A stretch of DNA of 60,385 nt, taken from the NCBI GenBank assembly GCA_049643405.1, contig JBARPX010000034.1, positions 1 to 60,385 of the forward strand, in the 5' to 3' direction. A model generated the notes under the pieces. The model saw only the letters and a program-made list of their open reading frames with translations. It was not told the origin of the DNA and made no database searches. The position numbers and the translations under genes were made by a program. Source of the stretch: Candidatus Zixiibacteriota bacterium (lineage in GTDB: Bacteria; Zixibacteria; MSB-5A5; SM1-73). Positions within the stretch are counted from its first letter, which is position 1, and each line of letters starts with the position of its first letter. Shown piece by piece: positions 8,644 to 17,634 of the stretch.

Positions 8644-10416
8644 TCACCTCACCCTTTTCACCTCTCCCTTCTCCAGCTTGTAGATCGGAATTCTGGTATT
8701 TTCACCGTTTGGATCGAAGCGAACCTCCCCCGCAGCTCCGGCAAAATCGGAAATCGCCAGAAGGGCGTCTTTTATCCCCCCAGGGGAGCTGGCATTCTCC
8801 AGAACCGAAAGTAAAAGAAGCATGGAGTCGTATCCCAGCATGGAAACCAAATCAGGCTCTCTGTTGTGACGCTCGCGGTAGAGGCTTGAGAGATACTGCC
8901 TCTGCGGGTTAGCTTTATTGGTGAACTTGTTCGAGGCGAAGATCATCTCCCGATCGATGATCTGAGCGAACCCCAGCACCTGTTGCTCCCCACATACCTC
9001 CGTTCCAATGATGGCGCCGAAAATGTTGAACTTGTGGATGCGGGAGAGAATGTCGTACATCTCCCTTTGATCTGCCGAGATAAACAGCCCGTCCAGCCAT
9101 ATCGGAATCTCATCAAAGAAGGAATCCTCTTCCTGCGAGGGCGGGGAGGAAGAAAATCCCAGCAGCACGTTTTTTATCCCCTTAAGATGGGGTGAAAAAT
9201 CCTGGGTGCCGGGAGGATATCGCTCCAGGGCCACGATCCTGCCTCCCAGCGCTTCAACGGTCGCCTTGAAGCTCAGAGCCTCCGACCCCTCCTGCTGAGC
9301 CTCCGGCACCAGCATGGCAAACTCCCGGAGACCCCCGCTTTGCACTGCGAATTCGGCTAAGATCTTTCCCTTTATGTGCGGGGTGGGGGAAAGCTGAAAG
9401 ACGAAATCTCCCAGGCCGGCCAGACCTTTCTGCGAGGCGGTGGGGGTGATTAAGGGGATACCGGAACGCTCTGCCACCACCGCAGTCGTCGCCACCGATT
9501 CGCTCCTCAGCGGCCCGATCACACAAACCACGCCATCTTCTTCTATCAGATCACGACAAAGCTCGGCCGCCTTCGCGAAATCCCCTTGGGTATCCTTTAC
9601 CTCGAGCTCGACCTTACTCCGGGTGGACGGTTTGGAGGACAAGGCCAGCTTCATGCCACTGATCAGGCTCTTTCCGTAAACCGAAAACTCTCCGCTTAAA
9701 GGGACCAACACCCCCACCTTAACGATTTTGGAGGGTGACGAGGACGCCTTCTGCAGCAGAGAATGAACCTCCTGAATGTTCTCACCCTGAGGGAAATTAT
9801 CCCGATAGTAGTTTAGCGCCTCAAGAGCCTTCTTGTGCTTCCCCTGCTCTAAGCTTCTTCTTCCCAGGTGAAAGAAGATCAAGGGCGCAAGCTCTTTATC
9901 CTGGTTAGCCGCACTGAGCTTCTCCAACTCCCCAACCGAAAGCCATCTCTTCAACAGAGGCTCAAGCGATTTTTTGGCCAGGGTCTTTGATTTCGCCTCT
10001 TTGGTGTACTCATACGCATAGATGAAATTCTGAGCCGATTGGTAGGGCTTGTCCTGCAGGTGTGCGATGTTGCCCAGCATAAGATAACAGGTGGAAAGGT
10101 AACTACTTCGGGGGAACTGGCGGATGAAACGCTTGAATTTGTCGCCGGCTGAGGAGTACTCTTTCAGGTTGTATTCGCATTTGGCGATCATGAGTTGGAA
10201 GTAGGAATAGCGGGGATTGTTGGGGAAAGATTTGGAAAGTCGCAGGAAAAGATCCTCCGCCTTGAAGTATTCCTTTCCCGAATAGCTCTTTTCTGCCTCC
10301 CTTAGGTTCTTTTCCAGCTCGTGTGGATATATTACCTGCGACCAACTGGCGGGACAAGCCAGAAGCAGAGTGGCCAGAAGCCAGCCGGTGGTCGAAGAGA
10401 TTTTTCTTTTCGCCAT
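8644..10416 (-). CDS. TPR-repeat plus type-1 periplasmic-binding-domain protein (LivK/LpoA-like)
   Basis: The preferred start is MAKRKISSTTGWLLATLLLACPASW (ATG 10416). The N-terminal half has TPR-like helices. The C-terminal half has KVGVLVPLSGEFSVYGKS...VCVIGPLRSES, typical of Peripla_BP_6 proteins. Confidence 0.7.
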   Translation of the reverse strand: MAKRKISSTTGWLLATLLLACPASWSQVIYPHELEKNLREAEKSYSGKEYFKAEDLFLRLSKSFPNNPRYSYFQLMIAKCEYNLKEYSSAGDKFKRFIRQFPRSSYLSTCYLMLGNIAHLQDKPYQSAQNFIYAYEYTKEAKSKTLAKKSLEPLLKRWLSVGELEKLSAANQDKELAPLIFFHLGRRSLEQGKHKKALEALNYYRDNFPQGENIQEVHSLLQKASSSPSKIVKVGVLVPLSGEFSVYGKSLISGMKLALSSKPSTRSKVELEVKDTQGDFAKAAELCRDLIEEDGVVCVIGPLRSESVATTAVVAERSGIPLITPTASQKGLAGLGDFVFQLSPTPHIKGKILAEFAVQSGGLREFAMLVPEAQQEGSEALSFKATVEALGGRIVALERYPPGTQDFSPHLKGIKNVLLGFSSSPPSQEEDSFFDEIPIWLDGLFISADQREMYDILSRIHKFNIFGAIIGTEVCGEQQVLGFAQIIDREMIFASNKFTNKANPQRQYLSSLYRERHNREPDLVSMLGYDSMLLLLSVLENASSPGGIKDALLAISDFAGAAGEVRFDPNGENTRIPIYKLEKGEVKRVR

Positions 10417-10501
10417 ATCACCGCATGTGCGCTCACTTTCGAAGCTCACATTCCTGCTGAATTGCAGACTGCCGGATGCGTGGCCTTCGGGATCTCAAAC
10501 C

Positions 10502-10990
10502 TCACAGGGAGTATTTTCCGAAATCCTCCGGATTAATCCTTTTCAACCTCTCCTTCAGGGTCTCAGGATCACTCAGGTCCTGCCCCTCCTTATCCGGTCT
10601 CTTCAACTGAAAGAGCTCCTCAGCCACGAAAAGGGGGACCTTGGTCTTGAGCGCCAGGGCAATCGAATCGGAGGGTCGGGCATCGATCTGCAGGGTCGAC
10701 CCGTTCATCTTGATGTAGATCTTGGCGTAAAAGGTCTGTTCCTTCAGTTCCGTGACCTCGATCTTCTGAACCTCTCCGCCCATGTTGGAAATCACCGATT
10801 TGAGAAGGTCATGGGTCAGGGGTCTCCGGGAGCTGACCGCGGAAAGCTCCATGGCGATGGCTAAAGCCTCATAATGCCCGATCCAGATGGGAAGCAGTCG
10901 ATCCGAATCTGAGGAGGAGAGGATTACCACCGGAGAGTTGGTGGTCATATCGAGTGCCAGCCCGTTCACCTTCGCTTCGATCAAGCCCAT
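10502..10990 (-). CDS. Bifunctional nuclease (BFN/DUF151) family protein
   Basis: SPVVILSSSDSDRLLPIWIGHYEALAIA...RPLTHDLL...DARPSDSIALALK matches the BFN domain. ATG 10990 follows GGGGGA. Confidence 0.85.
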   Translation of the reverse strand: MGLIEAKVNGLALDMTTNSPVVILSSSDSDRLLPIWIGHYEALAIAMELSAVSSRRPLTHDLLKSVISNMGGEVQKIEVTELKEQTFYAKIYIKMNGSTLQIDARPSDSIALALKTKVPLFVAEELFQLKRPDKEGQDLSDPETLKERLKRINPEDFGKYSL

Positions 10991-11024
10991 GTTTCCCCCG
11001 GATTTAGAGTATCCCAAAAAGCTT

Positions 11025-11477
11025 TCAAGTTTGCTGCTTCTTAACCACCCACACCTTCAGCGAAGCGACCACGTCCCCGGAGATCTTGACGGGAACGGTA
11101 TAGACGCCTAACGCCTTTATGGGCGCTTCCAGCATGATCTTGTGTCGGTCGATTTCGAAGCCCTTCTCCTTAAGAAGATCGGCTATGGTCTGAGAGGTCA
11201 CCGATCCGAAAACCCGGTCTTCCTCCCCCACCAGAACCTCCGCGGTGCAGGAGATCTTCTCCAGTTGAATCTTCTGTCTTTCCTCCAGTCTTCTTTTCTT
11301 TTGATCCCGGATCTCCTTCTGCTTTTTTATCTCTTCAATGGACTTAAGATCTCCTCTGGTGGCGGGAACGGCCAGGTTTCGACGGAAGAGATAATTCCTT
11401 CCGTAGCCGTCCTTTACCTCCACCACATCGCCGCATTTACCCAACTTCTCCACATCGTCCTTCAAGATCACCTTCAT
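11025..11477 (-). CDS. rplI: 50S ribosomal protein L9
   Basis: MKVILKDDVEKLGKCGDVVEVKDGYGRNYLFRRNLAVPAT. Confidence 0.95.
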   Translation of the reverse strand: MKVILKDDVEKLGKCGDVVEVKDGYGRNYLFRRNLAVPATRGDLKSIEEIKKQKEIRDQKKRRLEERQKIQLEKISCTAEVLVGEEDRVFGSVTSQTIADLLKEKGFEIDRHKIMLEAPIKALGVYTVPVKISGDVVASLKVWVVKKQQT

Positions 11478-11601
11478 AGCTTCCCTCTCTTAAGGTACCG
11501 GTTTGCCTAAAGGCGTGACGTGCCAGAACTTTCAGAGTCTCCCTTCAACCCACTTCTTTTCCCGGTCGATCCTGGCAATCGAACTTCGACGTCCGACGAC
11601 T

Positions 11602-11838
11602 CTACCTATAGGTTTCGCTGGTGAAGGGAAGAAGGGCCAGGTGCCTGGCTCTTTTGACGGCGGTGGTCAGCCTCCTTTGGTGCCAGGCGCAATTCCCGGA
11701 TATGCGCCGGGGCACGATCTTCCCCCGGTCAGTGACAAACCTTCTCAACAGCTTTTCATCCTTATAGTCTATCTTGTCGATTCTGTTCTCACAGAAGCGA
11801 CAGGTTTTCCTCCTTCTTCCTTCAAACCCGATCTTCAT
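11602..11838 (-). CDS. rpsR: 30S ribosomal protein S18
   Basis: [60 protein letters not shown]. Confidence 0.95.
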   Translation of the reverse strand: MKIGFEGRRRKTCRFCENRIDKIDYKDEKLLRRFVTDRGKIVPRRISGNCAWHQRRLTTAVKRARHLALLPFTSETYR

Positions 11839-11907
11839 ATTTTAGTCTCCACTCTTCTTTAGTCTCTCTCGAGAAATCAACGGTTAGCGCGTTCAAAAAA
11901 CCTCATT

Positions 11908-12258
11908 TTATGGAGGAGAGGTGCTTGCTGTCTGATCCTCCCCGGTTTCGTCTCCTTCCCTTTCGGTCATTTCCTCCTGGGAGGCCACCGTCAGGTATCT
12001 AAGACAGGACTCATTTAGTTTGTATGCTCTCTCCAGTTCCGTGAGGAGGCTTCCATCTCCTTCGAAGTAGATTAATGTATAATAACCCTGCGGTCTCTTG
12101 TTGATGGGATAGGCGAATTTTTTCATCCCCCATTTATCGATCTTTTTCACCGTGCCCTTTCGGCTGGTAATCAGTTCCTCTACTTTTGCTCTCTCCTTCT
12201 CAACTGCATGCTCATCCAAAGAGGGGTCCAGCACAAATACGGTCTCGTATAATCTCAA
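11908..12258 (-). CDS. rpsF: 30S ribosomal protein S6
   Basis: MRLYETVFVLDPSLDE...KIDKWGMKKFAYPINKRPQGYYTLIYFEG. Confidence 0.95.
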   Translation of the reverse strand: MRLYETVFVLDPSLDEHAVEKERAKVEELITSRKGTVKKIDKWGMKKFAYPINKRPQGYYTLIYFEGDGSLLTELERAYKLNESCLRYLTVASQEEMTEREGDETGEDQTASTSPP

Positions 12259-12339
12259 CTTCTCACCTCCAATCGCGCCATTCTATTCTGGCCTTCTAAT
12301 GCTCAAGAAACGCTCTTCTCTTGTTTCGGTACCCGACCT

Positions 12340-12906
12340 TCAAGCGTTGAACCGGCTCTGAGTATCCTCGACATCCCAAGTTAATGCATTCTCCACCGCG
12401 GCGCAAGCTGTTTCGATCATTTTCTCCACGGTCTTCTCCTCCTCGCCGTCGAACTCCCTGAGCACGAACTCCTCCAACTCCAAACCTTCCGGTGCCTCCC
12501 CGATTCCCATTCTCAACCGGGCAAAAGAAATGGAGCCCAGATGAAAGATGACGGAACCTAAACCCTTGTGGCCTCCATCGGTTCCTTTCTCCCTGATCCG
12601 GATTCTCCCCAGGGGGAGATTCGCGTCGTCACACAGTACCAGAAGATCCTCTACGCCCAGGCCGAAATGATCAAGAGCCTCCCTCACCGCTTCCCCGCTT
12701 GCATTCATGTAAGTGAGGGGCTTGATCAGAAAGAAACTGTCTTCCTCGCTCCGCCTTATCTCACAGAAAAGGTAATCTCCCTTGCCTGGCTTGAATCTCC
12801 TGTTGTTCTTATCGGCCAGAGAATCGGCCACCCTGTAACCTAAATTGTGCCGGGTGCGCCGGTACCTTGCTCCCGGATTCCCTAAACCGACGATCAAATT
12901 CAGCAT
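12340..12906 (-). CDS. pth: Peptidyl-tRNA hydrolase
   Basis: MLNLIVGLGNPGARYRRTRHNLGY...GTDGGHKGLGSV. Confidence 0.95.
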   Translation of the reverse strand: MLNLIVGLGNPGARYRRTRHNLGYRVADSLADKNNRRFKPGKGDYLFCEIRRSEEDSFFLIKPLTYMNASGEAVREALDHFGLGVEDLLVLCDDANLPLGRIRIREKGTDGGHKGLGSVIFHLGSISFARLRMGIGEAPEGLELEEFVLREFDGEEEKTVEKMIETACAAVENALTWDVEDTQSRFNA

Positions 12907-12947
12907 CTACAATAGATTTTACTCCACAGCCTAATTCGCGGCACACA

Positions 12948-12969
12948 TACGTTTCGTATACGAAATGTA
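12948..12969. promoter_or_regulatory. 22-nt near-perfect palindrome (candidate operator) in the divergent pth / solute-operon intergenic region
   Basis: TACGTTTCGTATACGAAATGTA. The core TTTCGTA|TACGAAA is perfect, and the full 22-mer has one mismatch. Confidence 0.35.
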
Positions 12970-13139
12970 ATAATAGAATGTGGCACTTATTTGTCAAGAG
13001 AAACTTTGAATGGACCGGCCTGCGCCGGCGTTCGAATCGGTGTGCGCTGAGCCTGAGTTGTACCGCCGCGCGCGGGGCGTGAGTTCGCAACTCGTTTCTT
13101 TGAGTGCCGCGTGGTCGGACCAGGCGGGAAATAAATCTC

Positions 13140-13168
13140 TTGCTCGTATGTTCTGCATTTATTATACT
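13140..13168 (+). promoter_or_regulatory. Candidate sigma70-type promoter for the 13253 operon
   Basis: TTGCTC-17 nt-TATACT, about 85 nt upstream of the ATG. The consensus for this lineage is unknown. Confidence 0.3.
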
Positions 13169-13252
13169 TACCTGTCAAATGTAAAGCGTTCAAGATGGAC
13201 CAGCCGGGTATCCTTTGAGGAGGCGCCCCCCAAGTAAAGGAGAAATGATAAG

Positions 13253-14461
13253 ATGAGCGATTTCTATCAAAGTGGCGTGGTCTCCACCCTGCACCGGTTG
13301 GGGAAGCCCAACTTAGAGGCGCTGGAGTGGGAGCTGGGCGAGCACGCCAAACACCGACCCATTGCTTTGGTTCTGCCCACCACCTTTTCTGATTTTCAGG
13401 GGGAGGCCTTCAAGAGGATCCTGGAGAACTTAAGAGTGGTGAAGTACTTAGAAGAGATAGTGGTGGTGATGAACAGGACCGATACCATGGAATTCAGGCA
13501 GGCCAAGAAGGTCTTATCCGAGATACCTGTCGAAGCGAAGATAGTCTGGAGCAGCGGCCCCAGGATCGGAGAGCTCTACAAGTTGCTGGAAAAAAACGAG
13601 CTGTCTATAGGAGAGGATGGGAAGGGAAGATCGGTCTGGATCGCGATGGGCTACGTGATCGCCAATGAGAAAAGCCACGTTATAGCTCTCCACGATTGCG
13701 ACATACTCACCTACAATCGCGAGCTTCTGGCGCGCCTGTGTTATCCTGCTGCCAATCCCAACATGGGATACGAATTCTGTAAAGGCTTCTACAGCCGGGT
13801 GACCGACCGCATGTACGGAAGGGCCACCAGATTGTTTTTTACCCCTCTGATCCGGGCTTTAGAGAAGATTTTGGGTTATCTGCCCATTTTAGTCTATTTT
13901 GATAGTTTTCGGTATCCCCTGTCGGGAGAGTTTAGTCTGGACATGGATTTAGCCCGGGTCAACAGGATTCCATCCGACTGGGGACTGGAGGTGGGGTTTT
14001 TGGCTGAGGTCTATCGCAATTGCGTACCCAGGAGAATCTGCCAGGTGGATCTGGCGGAAACCTTCGAGCACAAGCACCACGAGCTTTCGGAGACAGACCC
14101 CACCAAGGGGCTTTTGAAGATGTGCATAGACATCACCAAGACCATCTTCAGAACCCTTTCCACCGAGGGGGTGATCCTCTCCGCCGGCTCTCTGCGCACC
14201 CTGCAGTCCGCGTATCTGAGAACTGCTCAGGATACCATAAAGAGATATGAGGACGATGCCTTCATAAATCAACTTTACTTCGACAGGCACTCGGAGGTCT
14301 CGGCGGTGGAGGCCTTCTGCAAGGGGATCAAGATTGCCGCCCAGGAGTTCCTGGACGACCCCCTGCGCGCGCCTGAGATACCCAACTGGAACCGGGTCAT
14401 CTCAGCCATCCCGGATTTCCTGGGCAAGCTCCAGCAGACTGTGGAGGAGGATAACCGGTGA
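13253..14461 (+). CDS. Glucosyl-/mannosyl-3-phosphoglycerate synthase-like retaining glycosyltransferase (GT81/GT55-like)
   Basis: 402 aa. GKGRSVWIAMGY ... ALHDCDILTY, i.e. the GKG loop plus an acidic D-x-D-type motif as in GpgS/MpgS enzymes. RBS AAAGGAG. The stop overlaps the next start (GTGA). Confidence 0.6.
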   Translation: MSDFYQSGVVSTLHRLGKPNLEALEWELGEHAKHRPIALVLPTTFSDFQGEAFKRILENLRVVKYLEEIVVVMNRTDTMEFRQAKKVLSEIPVEAKIVWSSGPRIGELYKLLEKNELSIGEDGKGRSVWIAMGYVIANEKSHVIALHDCDILTYNRELLARLCYPAANPNMGYEFCKGFYSRVTDRMYGRATRLFFTPLIRALEKILGYLPILVYFDSFRYPLSGEFSLDMDLARVNRIPSDWGLEVGFLAEVYRNCVPRRICQVDLAETFEHKHHELSETDPTKGLLKMCIDITKTIFRTLSTEGVILSAGSLRTLQSAYLRTAQDTIKRYEDDAFINQLYFDRHSEVSAVEAFCKGIKIAAQEFLDDPLRAPEIPNWNRVISAIPDFLGKLQQTVEEDNR

Positions 14462-15807
14462 CAACGCCCGGGCGATCGGCGAGGTCATTACGAAAAGACG
14501 TGCTGTCCATCCTGCACTCTTGCATCAAAGCCTCCGATCCCCTTTACGCCATAAAGAAGCGCGTCAAGTTGAAGCGAGGAAAGTTGTGGGTCGACAGTCA
14601 CTCCTACGATCTGAGACTGATCAAGCGAGTCTTTGTGATTGGCGCTGGCAAAGCCTCTGCCCGAATGGCACAGGCCATAGAGGAGCTTTTTGGGGATAGA
14701 ATCTCCTCCGGCATAATCATAACCAAAAAGGGTCATCACCTTCCACTGCGCGGCCGCATTGATCTTATGGAGGGAGCGCATCCTCTTCCCGACAGGGAGG
14801 GGTTGAAAGGCACCAGAAGGATCGTGAAACTTCTATCGCCAACCGCCCCGGATGATCTGGTCATTTTCTTACTTTCCGGCGGCGGATCGGCGCTTCTCGT
14901 CTCTCCTGTTGCCGGCATCTCTCTAAGGGATAAGATCAAGCTTACAGATGAGCTTTTGAGATGCGGCGCGGACATCAAAGAGATCAACACCATCCGCAAG
15001 CACATCTCCCAGGTGAAAGGGGGTAGGTTGGCAGAGCTGGCGCAGCCCTCACCCGTTCTGACCTTGATACTGTCTGACGTGATTGGAAACAGGCTCGATT
15101 CCATTGCGTCGGGGCCGACAGCACCTGACAGGACGACTTTTTCAGACTGCATGAAGATCGTCAAAAAGTATGACCTCAGAAAGAAGATCCCATCGTCGAT
15201 ATACTCCCATTTAGAAAAAGGCGCCGGGGAAAGATTAAAAGAGACGCCCAAGCCGCGTGATCCGATCTTCAAAAAAGTAAAGAACGTAATCATCGGATCA
15301 AACCGTACGGCTCTTGGGGCGGCAGAAAGGAAGGCCAGGGAGCTGGGATTCAACACATATGTTTTACCCCGGCCCGTGGCTGGCGATACGACCGGAGCGG
15401 CTAAGAGGCACGTGGCTATGATGAAAAGGATAGCAGAAGGAAAAGGTCCGGTACGTCCCCCCGCCTGCGTTATCTCCGGCGGCGAAACCACTGTGAAGAT
15501 CAAGGGAAAGGGAAAGGGCGGAAGAAATCAGGAGTTCGCCCTGGTTGCTGCCATGGGGATCGAAGGTATGAAGAACGTGGTGCTTCTTTCCGCGGGAACG
15601 GATGGGACCGACGGGCCGACGGATGCGGCAGGGGCAATATGCGATGGCGAAACCGTGCGAAGGGCACTGAGGAAAGGGTTAAATCCCAAGAGCTCTCTGG
15701 CTGACAATGATTCCTATCACTTCTTCGGCAAGTTAGGTGATCTGGTGGTCACCGGCCCTACCCACACCAACGTGATGGACGTTCACCTGGCCTTGATTGG
15801 AGGTTAG
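14458..15807 (+). CDS. Glycerate kinase, DUF4147/MOFRL (TtuD/GckA) family
   Basis: VIGAGKASARMA..., LLSGGGSALL, VISGGETTVKIKGKGKGGRNQEFAL, SAGTDGTDGPTDAAGA. Confidence 0.85.
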   Translation: MTTPGRSARSLRKDVLSILHSCIKASDPLYAIKKRVKLKRGKLWVDSHSYDLRLIKRVFVIGAGKASARMAQAIEELFGDRISSGIIITKKGHHLPLRGRIDLMEGAHPLPDREGLKGTRRIVKLLSPTAPDDLVIFLLSGGGSALLVSPVAGISLRDKIKLTDELLRCGADIKEINTIRKHISQVKGGRLAELAQPSPVLTLILSDVIGNRLDSIASGPTAPDRTTFSDCMKIVKKYDLRKKIPSSIYSHLEKGAGERLKETPKPRDPIFKKVKNVIIGSNRTALGAAERKARELGFNTYVLPRPVAGDTTGAAKRHVAMMKRIAEGKGPVRPPACVISGGETTVKIKGKGKGGRNQEFALVAAMGIEGMKNVVLLSAGTDGTDGPTDAAGAICDGETVRRALRKGLNPKSSLADNDSYHFFGKLGDLVVTGPTHTNVMDVHLALIGG

Positions 15808-15838
15808 CGGCCACTCCGCCTGCTGGCAATCGAAATCT

Positions 15839-17479
15839 TCATTTGACCAAAACCAGTTTCTTGGTGTCTCTGTAATCACCCGCCCTCCCTCGACTCTGCT
15901 CGGGACGGTGAGCTTGTCGAACCGTAAGCTGATAGAAATATATCCCGCTTGCCACCTCCTTTCCGAAATTGTTCTTGCCGTCCCACGAAACTGTATAACT
16001 ACCTCTGGATCGGTTTGTGTTCACTAACTCCCTGACCTCCTTTCCCAGGATATTATAGATTTTAAGAATGGTGTGGATGCTACGGTCGTGCCCACTGCTT
16101 ACAGTATACCGGATACTGGTAACTGAATTAAACGGATTGGGGTAGTTCTGAAACAGTTCGAAACTCAGTTTTGCCTGCTCCGCTAAGGTATCTTCAACTG
16201 ACGTGAAGGGTGGACCATAGTAGTATATCTCAAGGGAATCACTCTGGCCCATGAACCCAAACAACGAACCGGAAAAAACCGCATGACCTCGTCCATCCGA
16301 GTCCAATACAAAGGAAGGTCTTCTTACATAAATCGAGGAGAGGGTATAGCAAATCGAGGCTGTGTCGAATATCTGGTAAGGCTCCCGCCAGAATCCTTCT
16401 CCTCTGTCGCCAAAAAAGTGGCAGTAGTCATATGGACTCCATTCCATCACATACGGTATACTGTGACGATCGATGTACACCCGTGAGATTTCATACAACG
16501 AGTCTAATATCAACTCAGGTCCGACCCAGATGCTATCCTCGCTATGTTTATAGTAATAGAACCGGCGCACCCTCCCCGGCCCCAGACAATCCTGTTGGAT
16601 GCATCCTCCCGTGATCAGGTGAAGCCTGTCATTGACGCCTGCCTTTATGATCGCCCCTCCATAATAGTAAAGAGGGCGCGGAGGTCTTGGAACTGTGTCT
16701 ATGTGCCAATAAGTGCCGTTCAGACTGTCATTCCTGGCGTAATACGACGTGCCAGAACCTAAAACGGTTTCGTACACGATATGCACCGTCCCATTCTTCT
16801 GAACGTCGAAATAGGTGGGCCCACTCCCAAAGCCTCCCAGGAAAATCGGCTCGGATACCTGCTGCTTGACCCATTCCCCGGTGGAATTATTGGCATACAT
16901 GACCCGGTACCAGTGATAGCTTACCGAGTCGAAATCCACATGCCAGGCCACGTGAACGTCGCCTAACGTGTCCAAGGCCATGGCAAAGGAGTAATACTGC
17001 CGATTGGGCTCAGTGAACAGCGAATCTATCTTGACAAATTCCCATCCAGTTATGGTGCTATTCGTGTAATACAGTATGTTCCTGGTGTAGGGGCGGTAAA
17101 GTATATGGACGATGTTTGTCCTGGTGTCCATGCAGACTTGTGCCAGCTGGTTTTGCCCGAAAGCATATTCCGGCGTTTCTATCTCCTCAGGCTGGCTCCA
17201 GTGTCCGCCTTTCTGCTTTGTGACATGAAATATCGTGTAGTCGTAGACAAAACCAGTGAGGGTATCTCGGACACCCTCAAGGTAGAACAAATGCAGCTTG
17301 TCGGCCTCATCTATAAACAGGCCCACGGACTCATCCAAATTATATGATCCGATAGTCTCATTGGGTAGGTCGTCGTAGGTCAGCCTTTGTACCTCTGCCC
17401 CTTCCCACTGAGCGTTTGCGCCGGGGCACAAAATGAGAAATGACGAATAAAGAATGATGAAGGCTATAACCCTTTTCAT
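15839..17479 (-). CDS. Secreted repeat (propeller-like) protein with T9SS C-terminal sorting domain, paralog 1
   Basis: The preferred start is ATG 17479 (MKRVIAFIILYSSFLILCPGANAQ). Repeats have the form xxVH[IV]xY...YY[TA]N..G.W. CTD is FQNYPNPFNSVTSIRY...GIYFYQL...KKLVLVK. Confidence 0.8.
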   Translation of the reverse strand: MKRVIAFIILYSSFLILCPGANAQWEGAEVQRLTYDDLPNETIGSYNLDESVGLFIDEADKLHLFYLEGVRDTLTGFVYDYTIFHVTKQKGGHWSQPEEIETPEYAFGQNQLAQVCMDTRTNIVHILYRPYTRNILYYTNSTITGWEFVKIDSLFTEPNRQYYSFAMALDTLGDVHVAWHVDFDSVSYHWYRVMYANNSTGEWVKQQVSEPIFLGGFGSGPTYFDVQKNGTVHIVYETVLGSGTSYYARNDSLNGTYWHIDTVPRPPRPLYYYGGAIIKAGVNDRLHLITGGCIQQDCLGPGRVRRFYYYKHSEDSIWVGPELILDSLYEISRVYIDRHSIPYVMEWSPYDYCHFFGDRGEGFWREPYQIFDTASICYTLSSIYVRRPSFVLDSDGRGHAVFSGSLFGFMGQSDSLEIYYYGPPFTSVEDTLAEQAKLSFELFQNYPNPFNSVTSIRYTVSSGHDRSIHTILKIYNILGKEVRELVNTNRSRGSYTVSWDGKNNFGKEVASGIYFYQLTVRQAHRPEQSRGRAGDYRDTKKLVLVK

Positions 17480-17522
17480 TTTCCCCTTAAGTCTTGATCT
17501 ACTAAGTTTCCTCCCCAAAAGA

Positions 17523-17551
17523 AAATATGCATCTTTGTCTTGATTTGTCAA
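17523..17551 (-). promoter_or_regulatory. Candidate promoter of paralog 1 (conserved with paralog 2)
   Basis: Minus strand: TTGACA-AATCAAGACAAAGATGC-ATATTT. The block is nearly identical upstream of paralog 2. Confidence 0.4.
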
Positions 17552-17634
17552 GTGTTTTCTTAAGCTCTTTCTCGCTTTAATCTGCATACTGCTTACGGTT
17601 TACTGCCTACTGCTCACTGAATACTGCCTCCCAG

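Noticed and set aside
13020-13060. GTTCGAATC motif suggesting a tRNA T-arm
   Set aside because: The flanking bases do not form a T-stem, and no acceptor or anticodon arms can be drawn. A similar check of GTTCGAGCC at 56650 was also negative.
14736-15503. 255-aa minus-strand ORF
   Set aside because: It is antisense to the well-supported glycerate kinase, has no motif, and shows the composition typical of shadow ORFs in GC-balanced coding DNA.
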